Shown: positions 8,753 through 19,993 of the stretch, in pieces
Layout: the number at the start of each line of letters is the position of its first letter
How positions within the stretch are numbered: the first letter of the stretch is position 1
DNA from: Sphingomicrobium sp.
GTDB lineage: Bacteria; Pseudomonadota; Alphaproteobacteria; Sphingomonadales; Sphingomonadaceae
Direction: 5' to 3'
Assembly: GCA_046262395.1 (NCBI GenBank)
Contig: JBHEMW010000062.1
Location: 2,933 to 66,932 of the forward strand
DNA: 64,000 bases
Translations under genes and position numbers: made by a program
The notes under the pieces: model-generated
Told to the model about the DNA's origin: nothing
Database searches by the model: none
The model's input: only the letters and a program-made list of their open reading frames with translations

Positions 8753-10234
8753 TCAGCGGCTGGCGACGAGCGCGAGCCGCGGATGACCTTCCTCGTTCAT
8801 GTCCGTCAGGCTGGTCGGATAGTCGCCGGTGAAACAGGCATCGCAGCGCTGCGGCGCCCGTGCATCGCGAGTGTCGCCCATGGCGCGATAGAGGCCGTCG
8901 ATCGAGATGAACGCCAGGCTGTCGGCGTTGATGTAATCGGTCATCTCACGCACATTCATCTGTGCCGCGAGCAGCTTGGCGCGCTCCGGTGTGTCGACGC
9001 CATAAAAGCAACTGTGCTTTGTCGGCGGTGAGGCGACGCGCATATGCACTTCGCGCGCGCCGGCATCGCGCATCATCTGGACGATCTTCACCGACGTCGT
9101 GCCGCGAACGATCGAGTCGTCGATCAGCACGATGCGCTTGCCTTGGATGAGCGCGGAATTGGCATTGTGCTTGAGTTTGACGCCGAGGTGGCGAACGCCG
9201 TCGCTCGGCTGAATGAAGGTTCGGCCGACATAGTGCGAGCGGATGATGCCGAGCTCGAACGGGATGCCCGAAGCCTGGCTGAAGCCGAGCGCAGCGGGTA
9301 CGCCCGAATCCGGGACGGGAACCACATAGTCCGCCTCGACCGGGCTCTCGCGGGAAAGCTCGGCGCCGATGTTCTTGCGAACTTCATAAACCGACGCCCC
9401 GTCGAGCACGCTGTCCGGCCGCGAGAAATAGACATGCTCGAAGATGCAGGGACGCGGCCGCACCGGCGCGAAGGGGCGGAAGCTGCGCAGGCCGGCATCG
9501 TTGACGAGGATTAACTCACCCGGCTCGACCTCGCGGATGTAGGTCGCGCCGATCACGTCGAGGGCCACCGTTTCCGACGCGAAGATCGTCGCGTCGCCGA
9601 ACTTGCCCATGACCAGCGGGCGAATGCCGAGCGGGTCGCGGCAGGCGACGAGGCCCTGCTCCGAAAGCACGACCAACGAATAGGCGCCCTCGACCTGGCG
9701 AAGCGCGTCGATCAGCCGGTCGAGCGGCGTCGTGTAGGAGGAGGTGGCGGTGAGGTGGATGATCACCTCCGTGTCGCTGGTCGACTGGAAGATCGAACCG
9801 CGGCGGATCAGCGCCTGCTTCAGCGTCATCGCATTCGACAGATTGCCGTTATGCGCGACGGCGAGCCCGCCCTCGTTGAGATCGGCGAATAGCGGCTGGA
9901 CATTGCGCAGCGCGGTCTCGCCGGTGGTCGAGTAGCGGACATGGCCGATCGCGGTGCGTCCGGCGAGCGGGCGCATGATCTCGTCCTTGTCGAAATTGCC
10001 GGCGACATGACCCATCGCGCGATGAGTGTGGAATGCCTTGCCGTCGAAGCTGGTGATCCCCGCCGCTTCCTGTCCGCGGTGCTGCAGCGCATGTAGCCCG
10101 AGCGCGACGAAGCTGGCCGCGTCGTCGGCGCCCCAGATGCCGAAAACGCCGCACTCTTCGCGGAGTTTATCGTCGTCGAACGGGTTGGTCGTTAGCATGG
10201 CCGGGCCCGAGTCCTGCTGTCGCGAAGCCGTCAT
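8753..10234 (-). CDS. purF: amidophosphoribosyltransferase
   Basis: ECGVFGIWG N-terminal nucleophile region and VLIDDSIVRGTT PRTase motif. Start at 10234 or 10198; the upstream part of the 10462 ORF is not PurF-like. Confidence 0.9.
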   Translation of the reverse strand: MTASRQQDSGPAMLTTNPFDDDKLREECGVFGIWGADDAASFVALGLHALQHRGQEAAGITSFDGKAFHTHRAMGHVAGNFDKDEIMRPLAGRTAIGHVRYSTTGETALRNVQPLFADLNEGGLAVAHNGNLSNAMTLKQALIRRGSIFQSTSDTEVIIHLTATSSYTTPLDRLIDALRQVEGAYSLVVLSEQGLVACRDPLGIRPLVMGKFGDATIFASETVALDVIGATYIREVEPGELILVNDAGLRSFRPFAPVRPRPCIFEHVYFSRPDSVLDGASVYEVRKNIGAELSRESPVEADYVVPVPDSGVPAALGFSQASGIPFELGIIRSHYVGRTFIQPSDGVRHLGVKLKHNANSALIQGKRIVLIDDSIVRGTTSVKIVQMMRDAGAREVHMRVASPPTKHSCFYGVDTPERAKLLAAQMNVREMTDYINADSLAFISIDGLYRAMGDTRDARAPQRCDACFTGDYPTSLTDMNEEGHPRLALVASR

Positions 10235-10313
10235 ATAGGGAGTGCCGCCGCCTTTGTCGCCTGATGGCTGAACATTGCTTGAAGCGGTGCCCGGAAAGGG
10301 CGAGGGGAGGGTG

Positions 10314-10721
10314 ATGCGATCGGGAAGTCCGCTTCTGCTAGCGCTTGCGGCTTGCTCACCCCAAGCCCCCACCGATCTAGCGCCTGGCACTTTCGTCGGA
10401 ATAGGCCGGGACCGACTATGCATCGCAGGTGACGGCGAAACGGTGCGTGCCGGCATCATCACCTATGCAGCGGATGACCAAGCGAACTGCAGCATGGCCG
10501 GTCGGCTCGAGCAAAGCAGTGACGGCTTCGCGCTTGTGCCGAACGGCGATAGTGCCTGCCGGGTTGGACTTGCGATCGAAGGCGACTCCGTTCGAACCAC
10601 CTCCGTGCCTGCCACGTGCGCTTACTACTGCGGCAAAGGCGCCACTCTCTCAGGCAAGACGTTCAAACGTGATCAGAAGGCCTCACCCGCCACCGATCTG
10701 GCGGGCGATCGGTTGTGTTGA
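10314..10721 (+). CDS. Cys-rich putative lipoprotein
   Basis: Lipobox LLLALAAC after the start, preceded by a ggggagg Shine-Dalgarno sequence. No family recognised. Confidence 0.5.
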   Translation: MRSGSPLLLALAACSPQAPTDLAPGTFVGIGRDRLCIAGDGETVRAGIITYAADDQANCSMAGRLEQSSDGFALVPNGDSACRVGLAIEGDSVRTTSVPATCAYYCGKGATLSGKTFKRDQKASPATDLAGDRLC

Positions 10722-10734
10722 CGTTCGCGTCAAC
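10717..10734. promoter_or_regulatory. inverted repeat GTTGACG-N4-CGTCAAC upstream of the MerR-family gene
   Basis: Perfect 7-bp arms ending 19 nt before the ATG at 10753. TTGACG could also serve as a -35 box. Confidence 0.35.
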
Positions 10735-10752
10735 GGTAAGTAGGCGACGGCG

Positions 10753-11130
10753 ATGCTTGCAGCCCGTCATTTCTCGATCGGCGAGATGTGCGACGAGTTC
10801 TCCGTCACGGCGCGCGCGCTTCGTTTTTATGAGGACGAGCAGCTGATCTCGCCCGAGCGACGGGGTACGCAGCGGCTTTACTCCGAGCGCGACCGGGCAC
10901 GGCTCGCGTGGATCCTGCGCGGCAAGCGGGTCGGGTTCAGCCTCGCCGACATCCGCGAGATGCTCGACCTCTACGACGTTGGCGACCACCGCGAGACCCA
11001 GCGCCTCGTGACTCTGGAGCGCTGCCGCAACCGCATCGCGACGCTCGAGCGGCAGCGCGAGGACATCGACACGACGATCGCCGAACTGACGGACTTCATC
11101 ACGCTCATCGACGCTTCCCCGAAGGAATAG
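10753..11130 (+). CDS. MerR family transcriptional regulator (LiuR-like)
   Basis: HTH segment FSIGEMCDEFSVTARALRFYEDEQLISP. Sits directly upstream of an acyl-CoA dehydrogenase. Confidence 0.8.
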   Translation: MLAARHFSIGEMCDEFSVTARALRFYEDEQLISPERRGTQRLYSERDRARLAWILRGKRVGFSLADIREMLDLYDVGDHRETQRLVTLERCRNRIATLERQREDIDTTIAELTDFITLIDASPKE

Positions 11131-11133
11131 ATC

Positions 11134-12930
11134 ATGCCCAGCTACACCGCCCCGGTCCGTGACACGCAGTTCGTGCTCGACCATGTCGTAGGCCTCGGCA
11201 ACTACGCCAATCTGCCCGGCTTTGGGGCCGCATCGAGCGATCTCGTCGAAGCCATCCTGAGCGAAGGCGGCCGCTTCGCGGGCGAGGTGCTCGCACCGCT
11301 CAACCGGATCGGCGACGAAGAAGGCTGCACGCGGCACCCCGACGGAGCCGTGACGACTCCGCGGGGCTTCAAGGAGGCTTACAAGCAATATTGCGAGGGT
11401 GGCTGGACGACGCTGTCGGCGCCCGAGGAGTTCGGCGGGCAGGGGCTGCCGCAGGTGCTGGCGACGGCGGTCAGCGAATATGTGCTGTCGGCCAATCAGG
11501 CGTTCGAAATGTACCATGGCCTCACCGCCGGCGCGGTTGCGGCACTGGTGGTCAAGGGCTCGGCCGAGCAAAAGACGAAATACCTGCCCAACATGGTCGC
11601 GGGCACCTGGACCGGGACGATGAACCTGACCGAGCCGCATTGCGGGACCGACCTCGGCCTGATCAAGACCAAGGCCGACCCAAATCCGGATGGCAGCTAC
11701 TCGATCACCGGCACGAAGATTTTCATTTCGTCGGGCGAGCACGATCTGGCCGACAACATCATCCACATGGTGCTGGCGAAGATCGCGGGTGCGCCGGACA
11801 ATGTGAAGGGCATCTCGCTGTTCATCGTGCCGAAGTTCCTGGTCAACGACGACGGTTCAGTCGGGGAGCGCAACGCCGTCTCGTGCGGCTCGATCGAGGA
11901 GAAGATGGGCATCCACGGCAATTCGACCTGCGTCATGAATTACGACGGGGCTAAGGGCTGGCTGGTCGGGGAGCCGGAGAAGGGCCTCGCGGCGATGTTC
12001 ATCATGATGAACGCCGCGCGGCTCGGCGTCGGGCTTCAGGGCCTCGCGCAGTCGGAAGTCGCCTACCAGAACGCCGTCGCCTACGCCAAGGACCGCCGCC
12101 AGGGTCGGGCGCTCGTTCCCGATCAGCGCGATCCCAATTCCCGGGCGGACACGCTGTTCGTCCATCCCGATGTCCGCCGCATGCTGATGGAGGCCAAGGC
12201 ATTCAACGAAGCCGCCCGCGCGTTCGTCTTGTGGGGAGCGCTTCAGGTCGACCTCAGCCGGCGCGCGGGAACGGAGGAAGAGCGGCAGACCGCAGATGAC
12301 CTCCTCTCGCTGCTAACGCCGGTGATCAAAGGCTATCTGACCGACCGCGGGTTCGAGGCGGCGGTGCTGGCGCAGCAGGTATTCGGCGGCCACGGCTACA
12401 TCCGCGAATGGGGCATGGAGCAGTTCGTCCGCGACGCCCGCATCGCCCAGATTTACGAGGGCACCAATGGCGTTCAGGCGATGGACCTCGTCGGGCGCAA
12501 GCTGGCCAAGGACGGTGGGCGTGCCATCCGCGCTTTCCTTGAAACGGTCGGCCAGGACATCGCCGCCACGAAGACCGCAGGCGATCCCGCCGGGCTGGCC
12601 GATCCGCTCGAGAAGGCGCTTGGCCATCTGCAGGGCGCGACGATGTGGCTCGCGCAGAATGGCATGGGAAACCCCAACAACATCGGTGCGGGCGCTTATG
12701 CCTATATGCAGCTGATGGGTGTGGTCTGCCTTGGCTGGATGTGGCTAAAGATTGCCGCCGCGAGCGACCGGTTGAAGGCACAGCCGGGCGAGGACACCGC
12801 GTTCCACGAAGCGAAGCTGGTCACGGCGCGTTTCTATGCCGACCGCGAGCTGGCCGTGGCTGGCGCGCTGCGGCGGAAGGTCGAGGCGGGGGCGGAGAGC
12901 CTGATGGCGTTGCCGATCGAGGCTTTTTAA
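11134..12930 (+). CDS. long-form acyl-CoA dehydrogenase
   Basis: 598 aa; ACAD-like core ([22 protein letters not shown]) with a C-terminal extension domain. Confidence 0.85.
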   Translation: MPSYTAPVRDTQFVLDHVVGLGNYANLPGFGAASSDLVEAILSEGGRFAGEVLAPLNRIGDEEGCTRHPDGAVTTPRGFKEAYKQYCEGGWTTLSAPEEFGGQGLPQVLATAVSEYVLSANQAFEMYHGLTAGAVAALVVKGSAEQKTKYLPNMVAGTWTGTMNLTEPHCGTDLGLIKTKADPNPDGSYSITGTKIFISSGEHDLADNIIHMVLAKIAGAPDNVKGISLFIVPKFLVNDDGSVGERNAVSCGSIEEKMGIHGNSTCVMNYDGAKGWLVGEPEKGLAAMFIMMNAARLGVGLQGLAQSEVAYQNAVAYAKDRRQGRALVPDQRDPNSRADTLFVHPDVRRMLMEAKAFNEAARAFVLWGALQVDLSRRAGTEEERQTADDLLSLLTPVIKGYLTDRGFEAAVLAQQVFGGHGYIREWGMEQFVRDARIAQIYEGTNGVQAMDLVGRKLAKDGGRAIRAFLETVGQDIAATKTAGDPAGLADPLEKALGHLQGATMWLAQNGMGNPNNIGAGAYAYMQLMGVVCLGWMWLKIAAASDRLKAQPGEDTAFHEAKLVTARFYADRELAVAGALRRKVEAGAESLMALPIEAF

Positions 12931-12958
12931 GGAAATGAATCGAAGCTAGGGCTTGAGA

Positions 12959-15646
12959 TCAGCTGGCTCTACGGTTCTGCCCAAGATGCCACGGACTGGG
13001 AGACGGCTGACCGGTCGGTGCCTGCTTGGGAGCCAGCCGGGCGAGGTCGAACTGATCAGTGAATTGCACGCCGAACTTGCCGGCCTGGGCCCAGCGGACC
13101 GTGCCGACGACAGGGCCGACCCCGACGATATCGATCGTGAGCGACTGGCCGGGGGTGACGGCTTCGTCGCAGTCGACCTGAGCGCCCATCGCCGAGATGT
13201 TGCGCAGGCGAATCTCCCGCCGCTCGCCGTTGATACCCGCGATGGCGCGGCGCATCAGGCGGTGGCGCGGCTCGCGGGTGCTCTGGAAGCCGTCCGCCTC
13301 GACGTGCGTCGCCATGGCGATCGCGCGCGCTTCCTCGCATGGCACCGGCCGGCCGAAGATATAGCCCTGGACCTGGCTGACGCCCAATTCGCGGATGAGG
13401 TGAAGGTCGTCGTGGGTCTCGACGCCCTCGGCTGTCGTGTCCATGTCAAGGCTTTCGGCGAGCGTCACGATGGCGCGAATGATCGCGCCGTTGCGATTGT
13501 CACTCGATGCCGCGCCGCGGACGAAGCTCTGGTCGATTTTGATCTTGTCGAACGGCGCTTTCTTCAGATAGCGCATGGAGGAATAGCCGGTGCCGAAATC
13601 GTCGAGTGCGAGCCGGACTCCGAGGTTCTTCAGGCGGGCGAAGGTCTCGTCCGTCGCGTCCCCTTCGGCGAGAAACACACCCTCGGTGAGTTCCAGCTCC
13701 AGCCGCTCGGCCCGGACCTCAAAATCCTTCAGCGCGCCGGCAATGACGTCGATAATCCCTGGATCGTTGAATTGAATGGGCGAAAGGTTGACCGCGATGC
13801 GGATGTGGTCCGGCCAGTTCGCCGCTTCGGCAAGTGCTGCTCTAAGCACCCATTGGCCGATCTTGCCGATCATCCCGCATTCCTCGGCGATCGGAATGAA
13901 TTTATCGGGCGAGATCGCGCCGCGCGAGGGGTGCTTCCACCGCAACAGCGCTTCGAAGCCGCACACTTCCTCGCCGGCGGTGCGCACGATCGGCTGGTAT
14001 GCGACCCAGAGTTCGTCGCGCTCGAGCACCTGACGCAAGTCGTTCTCAAGCATTTGCCGCTCGGCCGCCTCGCTATGCATGGAAGCTTCGTAGAACATAT
14101 GCTTGCCACGGCCGGCGGCCTTGGCGGCGTAAAGCGCGAGGTCCGCGTCGCGCACCAAGCTGTCGGCGTTGCAGCGGCCCGGGTCGCCGATGGCAATGCC
14201 GACCGAGGCGCCGATGGTTACCCGGTGTCCTTCGATCGAATAAGGGCGGGAGACCTGTTCGATGAGGGTGCGGGCGAGCGATTCCAGCAGACCTGTCTCG
14301 ACCGCGCCGGGCAGCACCGCCTTGAACTCGTCGCCGCCGAGACGGCCGACCTGGCCGTGGTCGCCCATCACGCTGGTCAGCCGCTGCGCCACCTGGCGAA
14401 GGAGGGCGTCGCCGATGGGATGGCCGAGGGTGTCGTTGACGTTCTTGAAACGGTCCAGATCGATCAGGAACAGGGTACAGCCCTTCTGCCGCGAGGTGGC
14501 GTTGCGAAGCGCTTCGTCGAGCGTCTGGCGCATCAACGCGCGGTTGGGCAGGCCGGTCAGCGAGTCGAACCTCGCCAGGCGGCTGATCTCCTGCTCGGAG
14601 CGGCGCTGTTCGGTGAGGTCGGTGCCGATGCCGCGGAAGCCCAGGAAGCGGCCGTGCTCGTCGAAGATCGGGTTGCCCGACAGGGACCAGTGGATGTCCT
14701 CCGCGCTTGCCGGGCGCACCACGACGTCCGAAAAGGGAAAGCGGGCCGAAAGGTGGAAGCCGAGCGTGCGCTCCTCCCGCAGCGGTCCCTCACTGCTGCC
14801 GTCGACCGACAGGAGGTCGGTGAACTGACGGCCGAGCAGTGCGGCGGGTTCGCAGGCGAAGTCCTCCGCAAGCTGCTGCGAGACATAGGATAGCGTGCCC
14901 TGGGCATTGGTCTCCCAGAACCAGCCCCGCCCGCTGTTCTCGAACTCGATGACGAAGCGCAGCGCCTTCTGCGCGTCCGCATCGAGCTGCAACCGCCGCC
15001 GCGCGCCCGCGATCATCGTCCGGGCGCCGGCAACGGAATAGGTGATGACCATCAGCGACAGGGCAGCGATCCCGAGAACGAGAGTCTCGCGCTCGCTTGC
15101 AATGAAGGCGGAGAGCGTGCCCACGAGGCCGCACAGTATAGTGATCGGCGGTGATTCGATGGCGACGATCGCCGTGATTGTCACGGCAGCGCCCACCAGC
15201 AAAGGTGAAAGCCCCGAGAGCTCCATCGCGGGGCTCGCTGAGGCGGAATGGCTGAACATCGCCCACAGCGCGCTCACCAGCACGACATAGGCACAAATCA
15301 GACGCGTAACATTGTGCGGCAGGAGACCGAGCCGCTCGCGAAAGCGGATCACCGCCGCGCCCGCGCCGTCGAGCGCGACCGTAAGGCCGAGGGGTCCTGC
15401 CACTTCGCGCGCCATGGCGCTGTCGCGGCTCATCAGACTATAGACGAACAGCGCCAGACCGCAGGTGAGGTGCATCGCGAACAGCAGCAGCGGCACATGG
15501 TGCAGCTGCGACACGCGCTGGTCCGCTAGGGTGGCGTCCTGCGAGGACTCGGCGGGCGAAATGTCGAAGGAAAGCGCTTCGACGACCGTTGCCCGGCCAC
15601 CGGCTTCCCCGCTTTCGACTGCACTTGCAAACCGTGCCTTACGCAT
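12959..15646 (-). CDS. membrane-anchored PAS-GGDEF-EAL protein with C-terminal PilZ domain
   Basis: N-terminal multi-TM region, RLGGDEF, EALLRW / DDFGTGYSS / KIDQSFV, and C-terminal RREIR...NISAMG (PilZ RxxxR and D/NxSxxG motifs). Confidence 0.85.
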   Translation of the reverse strand: MRKARFASAVESGEAGGRATVVEALSFDISPAESSQDATLADQRVSQLHHVPLLLFAMHLTCGLALFVYSLMSRDSAMAREVAGPLGLTVALDGAGAAVIRFRERLGLLPHNVTRLICAYVVLVSALWAMFSHSASASPAMELSGLSPLLVGAAVTITAIVAIESPPITILCGLVGTLSAFIASERETLVLGIAALSLMVITYSVAGARTMIAGARRRLQLDADAQKALRFVIEFENSGRGWFWETNAQGTLSYVSQQLAEDFACEPAALLGRQFTDLLSVDGSSEGPLREERTLGFHLSARFPFSDVVVRPASAEDIHWSLSGNPIFDEHGRFLGFRGIGTDLTEQRRSEQEISRLARFDSLTGLPNRALMRQTLDEALRNATSRQKGCTLFLIDLDRFKNVNDTLGHPIGDALLRQVAQRLTSVMGDHGQVGRLGGDEFKAVLPGAVETGLLESLARTLIEQVSRPYSIEGHRVTIGASVGIAIGDPGRCNADSLVRDADLALYAAKAAGRGKHMFYEASMHSEAAERQMLENDLRQVLERDELWVAYQPIVRTAGEEVCGFEALLRWKHPSRGAISPDKFIPIAEECGMIGKIGQWVLRAALAEAANWPDHIRIAVNLSPIQFNDPGIIDVIAGALKDFEVRAERLELELTEGVFLAEGDATDETFARLKNLGVRLALDDFGTGYSSMRYLKKAPFDKIKIDQSFVRGAASSDNRNGAIIRAIVTLAESLDMDTTAEGVETHDDLHLIRELGVSQVQGYIFGRPVPCEEARAIAMATHVEADGFQSTREPRHRLMRRAIAGINGERREIRLRNISAMGAQVDCDEAVTPGQSLTIDIVGVGPVVGTVRWAQAGKFGVQFTDQFDLARLAPKQAPTGQPSPSPWHLGQNRRAS

Positions 15647-15744
15647 TGACTTGGACCCACTTCCTCGCGGGCACGGTTTTTAACGCGCAGTCGTTAACAA
15701 GCTTTCGGAGTGCTGTGTTAATTCGACGTTATTTTTTCGAATTT

Positions 15745-16667
<923 letters not shown>

Positions 16668-16671
<4 letters not shown>

Positions 16672-17954
16672 CGTGCGATCTCCTTCGGGGTCTGGGCGGG
16701 TGCGGGGGCTATGTCGGGCGGTTCGAAGCCCTTCGCAAGGCGAAGCTCGGGAAATTTCCAGGCCCATAGCAGGACGACGATCACCGCGCCGATGCCGCCG
16801 GCAACGACGGCGGTGACCGGCCCGATGACGGCAGCGAGAAAGCCGCTCTCCGCTTCGCCGAGTTCGTTCGAGGCGCTGATGAACAGCGAGCTGACCGCGC
16901 CCACCCGCCCGCGCATCTCATTGGGCGTATGGAGGTTAATCAGCGACTGACGAATGTTGACCGAGAACATGTCTGCGGCACCGAGGAAGGCGAGGCTGAC
17001 GAGGCTGATGGGCATTGAGGTGGACAGGCCGAAAACGACCGTTGCGCCTCCGAACAGCGCCACCGCGATCAGCATCTTGACGCCGACGTCGCTCTTCAGG
17101 GGTCGGGCCGCGAGCAGTGCGGCCGAGATCGTCGCTCCAAGCGCCGGCGCGGCGCGCAGGTGGCCGAGGCCCTCGGGTCCGGCGTGCAGCACGTCGCGAG
17201 CAAACACGGGGAGCATCGCCGTTGCACCGCCGAGCAACACGGCGAACAGGTCGAGGCTGATCGCGCCGAGCACGAGTCGATTGGTGCGCACATAGCGGAT
17301 GCCGGCCGCCGCCGTGCTGCGAAACCCTTCGCCGCCGACATGCACCGCGCGCGGGATCGGCGGTATCATCATCAGCATCAGCAGCGAGAAGATGAACAGG
17401 CCCGCGCTGACGACGTAGGGAGTCGACGGCGAGAGAGCGTAGAGATAGCCGCCGAGCGCCGGTCCGGCGATGGCCCCGGTCTGCCAGGCGATTGAGGAGA
17501 GTGCGATCGCTCTCGGCAACTGCTCGCGCGGGACGAGGTTGGTCGCCATCGCTCCGAAGGCGGGACCGGCGAAACCGCGCGCCACACCAAGCAATGCCGC
17601 CACCGCGAACAGCGCCAGCAGGGAGGTGGAGTGCCCCCAGGCGAGACCGCCCAAGACCGCTGCGCAAAACAACTCCAGCAGCACGGAACCGCGGGCGACC
17701 CAGCGCCGATCGACATGGTCTGCCACCCAGCCGGTCACCGGCGTAAGCAGGAAAAGCGGGATAAACTGGACGAGACCGATAATGCCAAGTCGGAACGAGG
17801 CGGCCGTGACGCCCATCGTCTGGCGCGAAATATCATAGACCTGCCAGCCGATGACGATGACCATCGCCAGCTGCGCGATGGTCGAGGCCAGGCGCGACGA
17901 CCAGTAAGCGCGGAAGGCCGGAATTCGGAAGGGCTCGGGGATCGAGTTCACCAA
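16668..17954 (-). CDS. MFS transporter
   Basis: 428 aa with about 12 predicted hydrophobic spans and an MFS-like N-terminus ([18 protein letters not shown]). Confidence 0.75.
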
Positions 17955-17999
17955 TGCCGCCCTAGCCGCACAATCCGCGGCCCGCTACATTCCTTCAAG

Positions 18000-19367
18000 A
18001 TGGCCAAGCTCAAGACCCGATATATCTGCCAGACGTGCGGATCGGCGCAGTCCCGCTGGCAGGGGCAGTGCCCCGATTGCGCCGAGTGGAACACGCTCGC
18101 GCAGGAGGCTGCGGTGTTGTCGACGGTGTTCGCTGCCAAACATGATCTGTCCGCCGGCGGGAGGCCGATCGATCTCGTCAGTCTCGACGTCGCCGTTGCG
18201 CTGCCCCCGCGGCTCGCCAGCGGAATCGCCGAATTCGACCGGGCCGTGGGTGGCGGGCTGGTGCCCGGATCGGCGACGCTGATCGGCGGCGATCCCGGTA
18301 TCGGCAAGTCGACGCTGTTGCTGCAAGTCGCGGCTCACATGGCGAACGCCGGGCGCAGCGTCATCTATCTGTCGGGCGAGGAGGCAGCCGACCAGGTACG
18401 GCTTCGAGCGCTGCGGCTTGGACTTGGCGGCGCGCCGGTTCGCCTCGCCGCGGCGACCTCGGTGCGCGACATTCTCACCACGCTCGGCCACGACGAGCCG
18501 CCCGCTCTGCTGGTCATCGATTCGATCCAGACGATGCACTCCGACCTCATCGAAGGCGCGCCGGGCACGGTCAGCCAGGTGCGCGCGTCGGCACAGGAAC
18601 TGGTGCGCTTCGCCAAGGACCAGGGCACCGCGCTGGTGCTCGTCGGCCACGTCACCAAGGACGGTTCGATCGCGGGGCCACGGGTGCTCGAGCATATGGT
18701 CGACACGGTGCTCGGCTTCGAAGGCGAGCGCAGCCACCAGTACCGCATCCTCCGCGCGGTTAAGAATCGCTTCGGCGGCACCGATGAGATTGGTGTGTTC
18801 GCGATGGAGGGATCGGGTCTGACCCAAGTGCCTAATCCGTCGGCGCTGTTCCTGACGCAGCGCGGCGAGGCGGTGAGCGGCACCAGCGTCTTCCCGGCGC
18901 TGGAGGGCACGCGGCCCGTGCTGGTCGAGATTCAGTCACTCGTCGTTCGCCTTGCCAGCGGGGCGACGCCGCGACGGGCTGCCGTCGGCTGGGATTCGGG
19001 GCGGCTGGCGATGGTGCTGGCCGTGCTTGAGGCGCGCTGCGGCATGAGCTTTGCGACATCCGAGGTCTACCTCAACGTCGCGGGCGGTTATCGACTGTCC
19101 GATCCGGCGGCCGATCTTGCCGTCGTGGCGGCGCTCGTCTCCGCGTTATCGGAGCGGCCGATTCCAGGTGATTCCGTCGTCCTCGGCGAAGTGGCGCTGT
19201 CCGGCGAAGTGCGTCCGGTCGCCCATGCCGCGCTGCGTCTCAAGGAAGCGTCGAAGCTGGGCTTCGAACGGGCATGGGTCCCGTCAGGCGTCGACAGCGA
19301 AAGCGGCATCGCGCTGACCCGCTTCGCGAACCTGCGCGCGCTCGTCGATCAGATCCTCGGGCGATGA
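18000..19367 (+). CDS. radA: DNA repair protein RadA
   Basis: N-terminal zinc ribbon CQTCGSAQSRWQGQCPDC, Walker A GDPGIGKST, KNRFG motif and a Lon-like C-terminus. Confidence 0.92.
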   Translation: MAKLKTRYICQTCGSAQSRWQGQCPDCAEWNTLAQEAAVLSTVFAAKHDLSAGGRPIDLVSLDVAVALPPRLASGIAEFDRAVGGGLVPGSATLIGGDPGIGKSTLLLQVAAHMANAGRSVIYLSGEEAADQVRLRALRLGLGGAPVRLAAATSVRDILTTLGHDEPPALLVIDSIQTMHSDLIEGAPGTVSQVRASAQELVRFAKDQGTALVLVGHVTKDGSIAGPRVLEHMVDTVLGFEGERSHQYRILRAVKNRFGGTDEIGVFAMEGSGLTQVPNPSALFLTQRGEAVSGTSVFPALEGTRPVLVEIQSLVVRLASGATPRRAAVGWDSGRLAMVLAVLEARCGMSFATSEVYLNVAGGYRLSDPAADLAVVAALVSALSERPIPGDSVVLGEVALSGEVRPVAHAALRLKEASKLGFERAWVPSGVDSESGIALTRFANLRALVDQILGR

Positions 19368-19372
19368 AATCT

Positions 19373-19447
19373 CGTCTTTGCGAGCGAAGCGAAGCAATCG
19401 ATATTGCTCGGATCGATTGCTTCGTCACTGCGCTCCTCGCAAAGACG
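19373..19447. repeat. REP-like long hairpin between radA and cvpA
   Basis: cgtctttgcgagcgaagcgaagcaatcgat paired with atcgattgcttcgtcactgcgctcctcgcaaagacg. This is the type that yields spurious DCFVTALLAKT-like ORFs. Confidence 0.7.
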
Positions 19448-19483
19448 CTGGCGCGTCGGCCCGTGCGCCGCTAGCCGCCGCCC

Positions 19484-19993
19484 ATGACTGCGCTCGATAT
19501 CTTCGTACTTCTCCTGCTCGGCGGCGGCGCGCTGGTCGGCTTCCTGCGCGGCTTCGTGCACGAGACGCTCTCGCTTGCGGCCTGGATCGCGGCCATTGTG
19601 GTTCTGAAGGCTTTCCACACACCAGTGGCCGCCGCGCTGACGCATAGTGTCGGGACGGCGACCGGCGCGGCGGCGCTGGCCTTCGCGCTTCTCTTCCTGC
19701 CGACTTTTTTCATTGTAAAATGGGCGGCGAAACAGGCAGGCGGCAGAACCAAGCGTTCGATCCTGGGGCCGATCGACCGCATTCTTGGCGGCGGCTTCGG
19801 GATGCTCAAGGGCCTGATCGGCGCGACTCTGTTCTTCCTCCTCGCCAATCTCGCCACCGACCTCGTCTACGGACCGCAGGCCAGCCGGCCCGAGTGGCTG
19901 ACCCACTCGCGCACCTACCCGTTGCTCAATGCCAGCGGGCGGGCGATCGTCGACTGGGTCGAGACGCGGCGGCATCCGCGCGCTCGCCTGTGA
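19484..19993 (+). CDS. cvpA: CvpA family membrane protein
   Basis: MTALDIFVLLLLGGGALVGFLRGFVHE N-terminus with about four TM spans, typical of CvpA. Confidence 0.8.
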   Translation: MTALDIFVLLLLGGGALVGFLRGFVHETLSLAAWIAAIVVLKAFHTPVAAALTHSVGTATGAAALAFALLFLPTFFIVKWAAKQAGGRTKRSILGPIDRILGGGFGMLKGLIGATLFFLLANLATDLVYGPQASRPEWLTHSRTYPLLNASGRAIVDWVETRRHPRARL

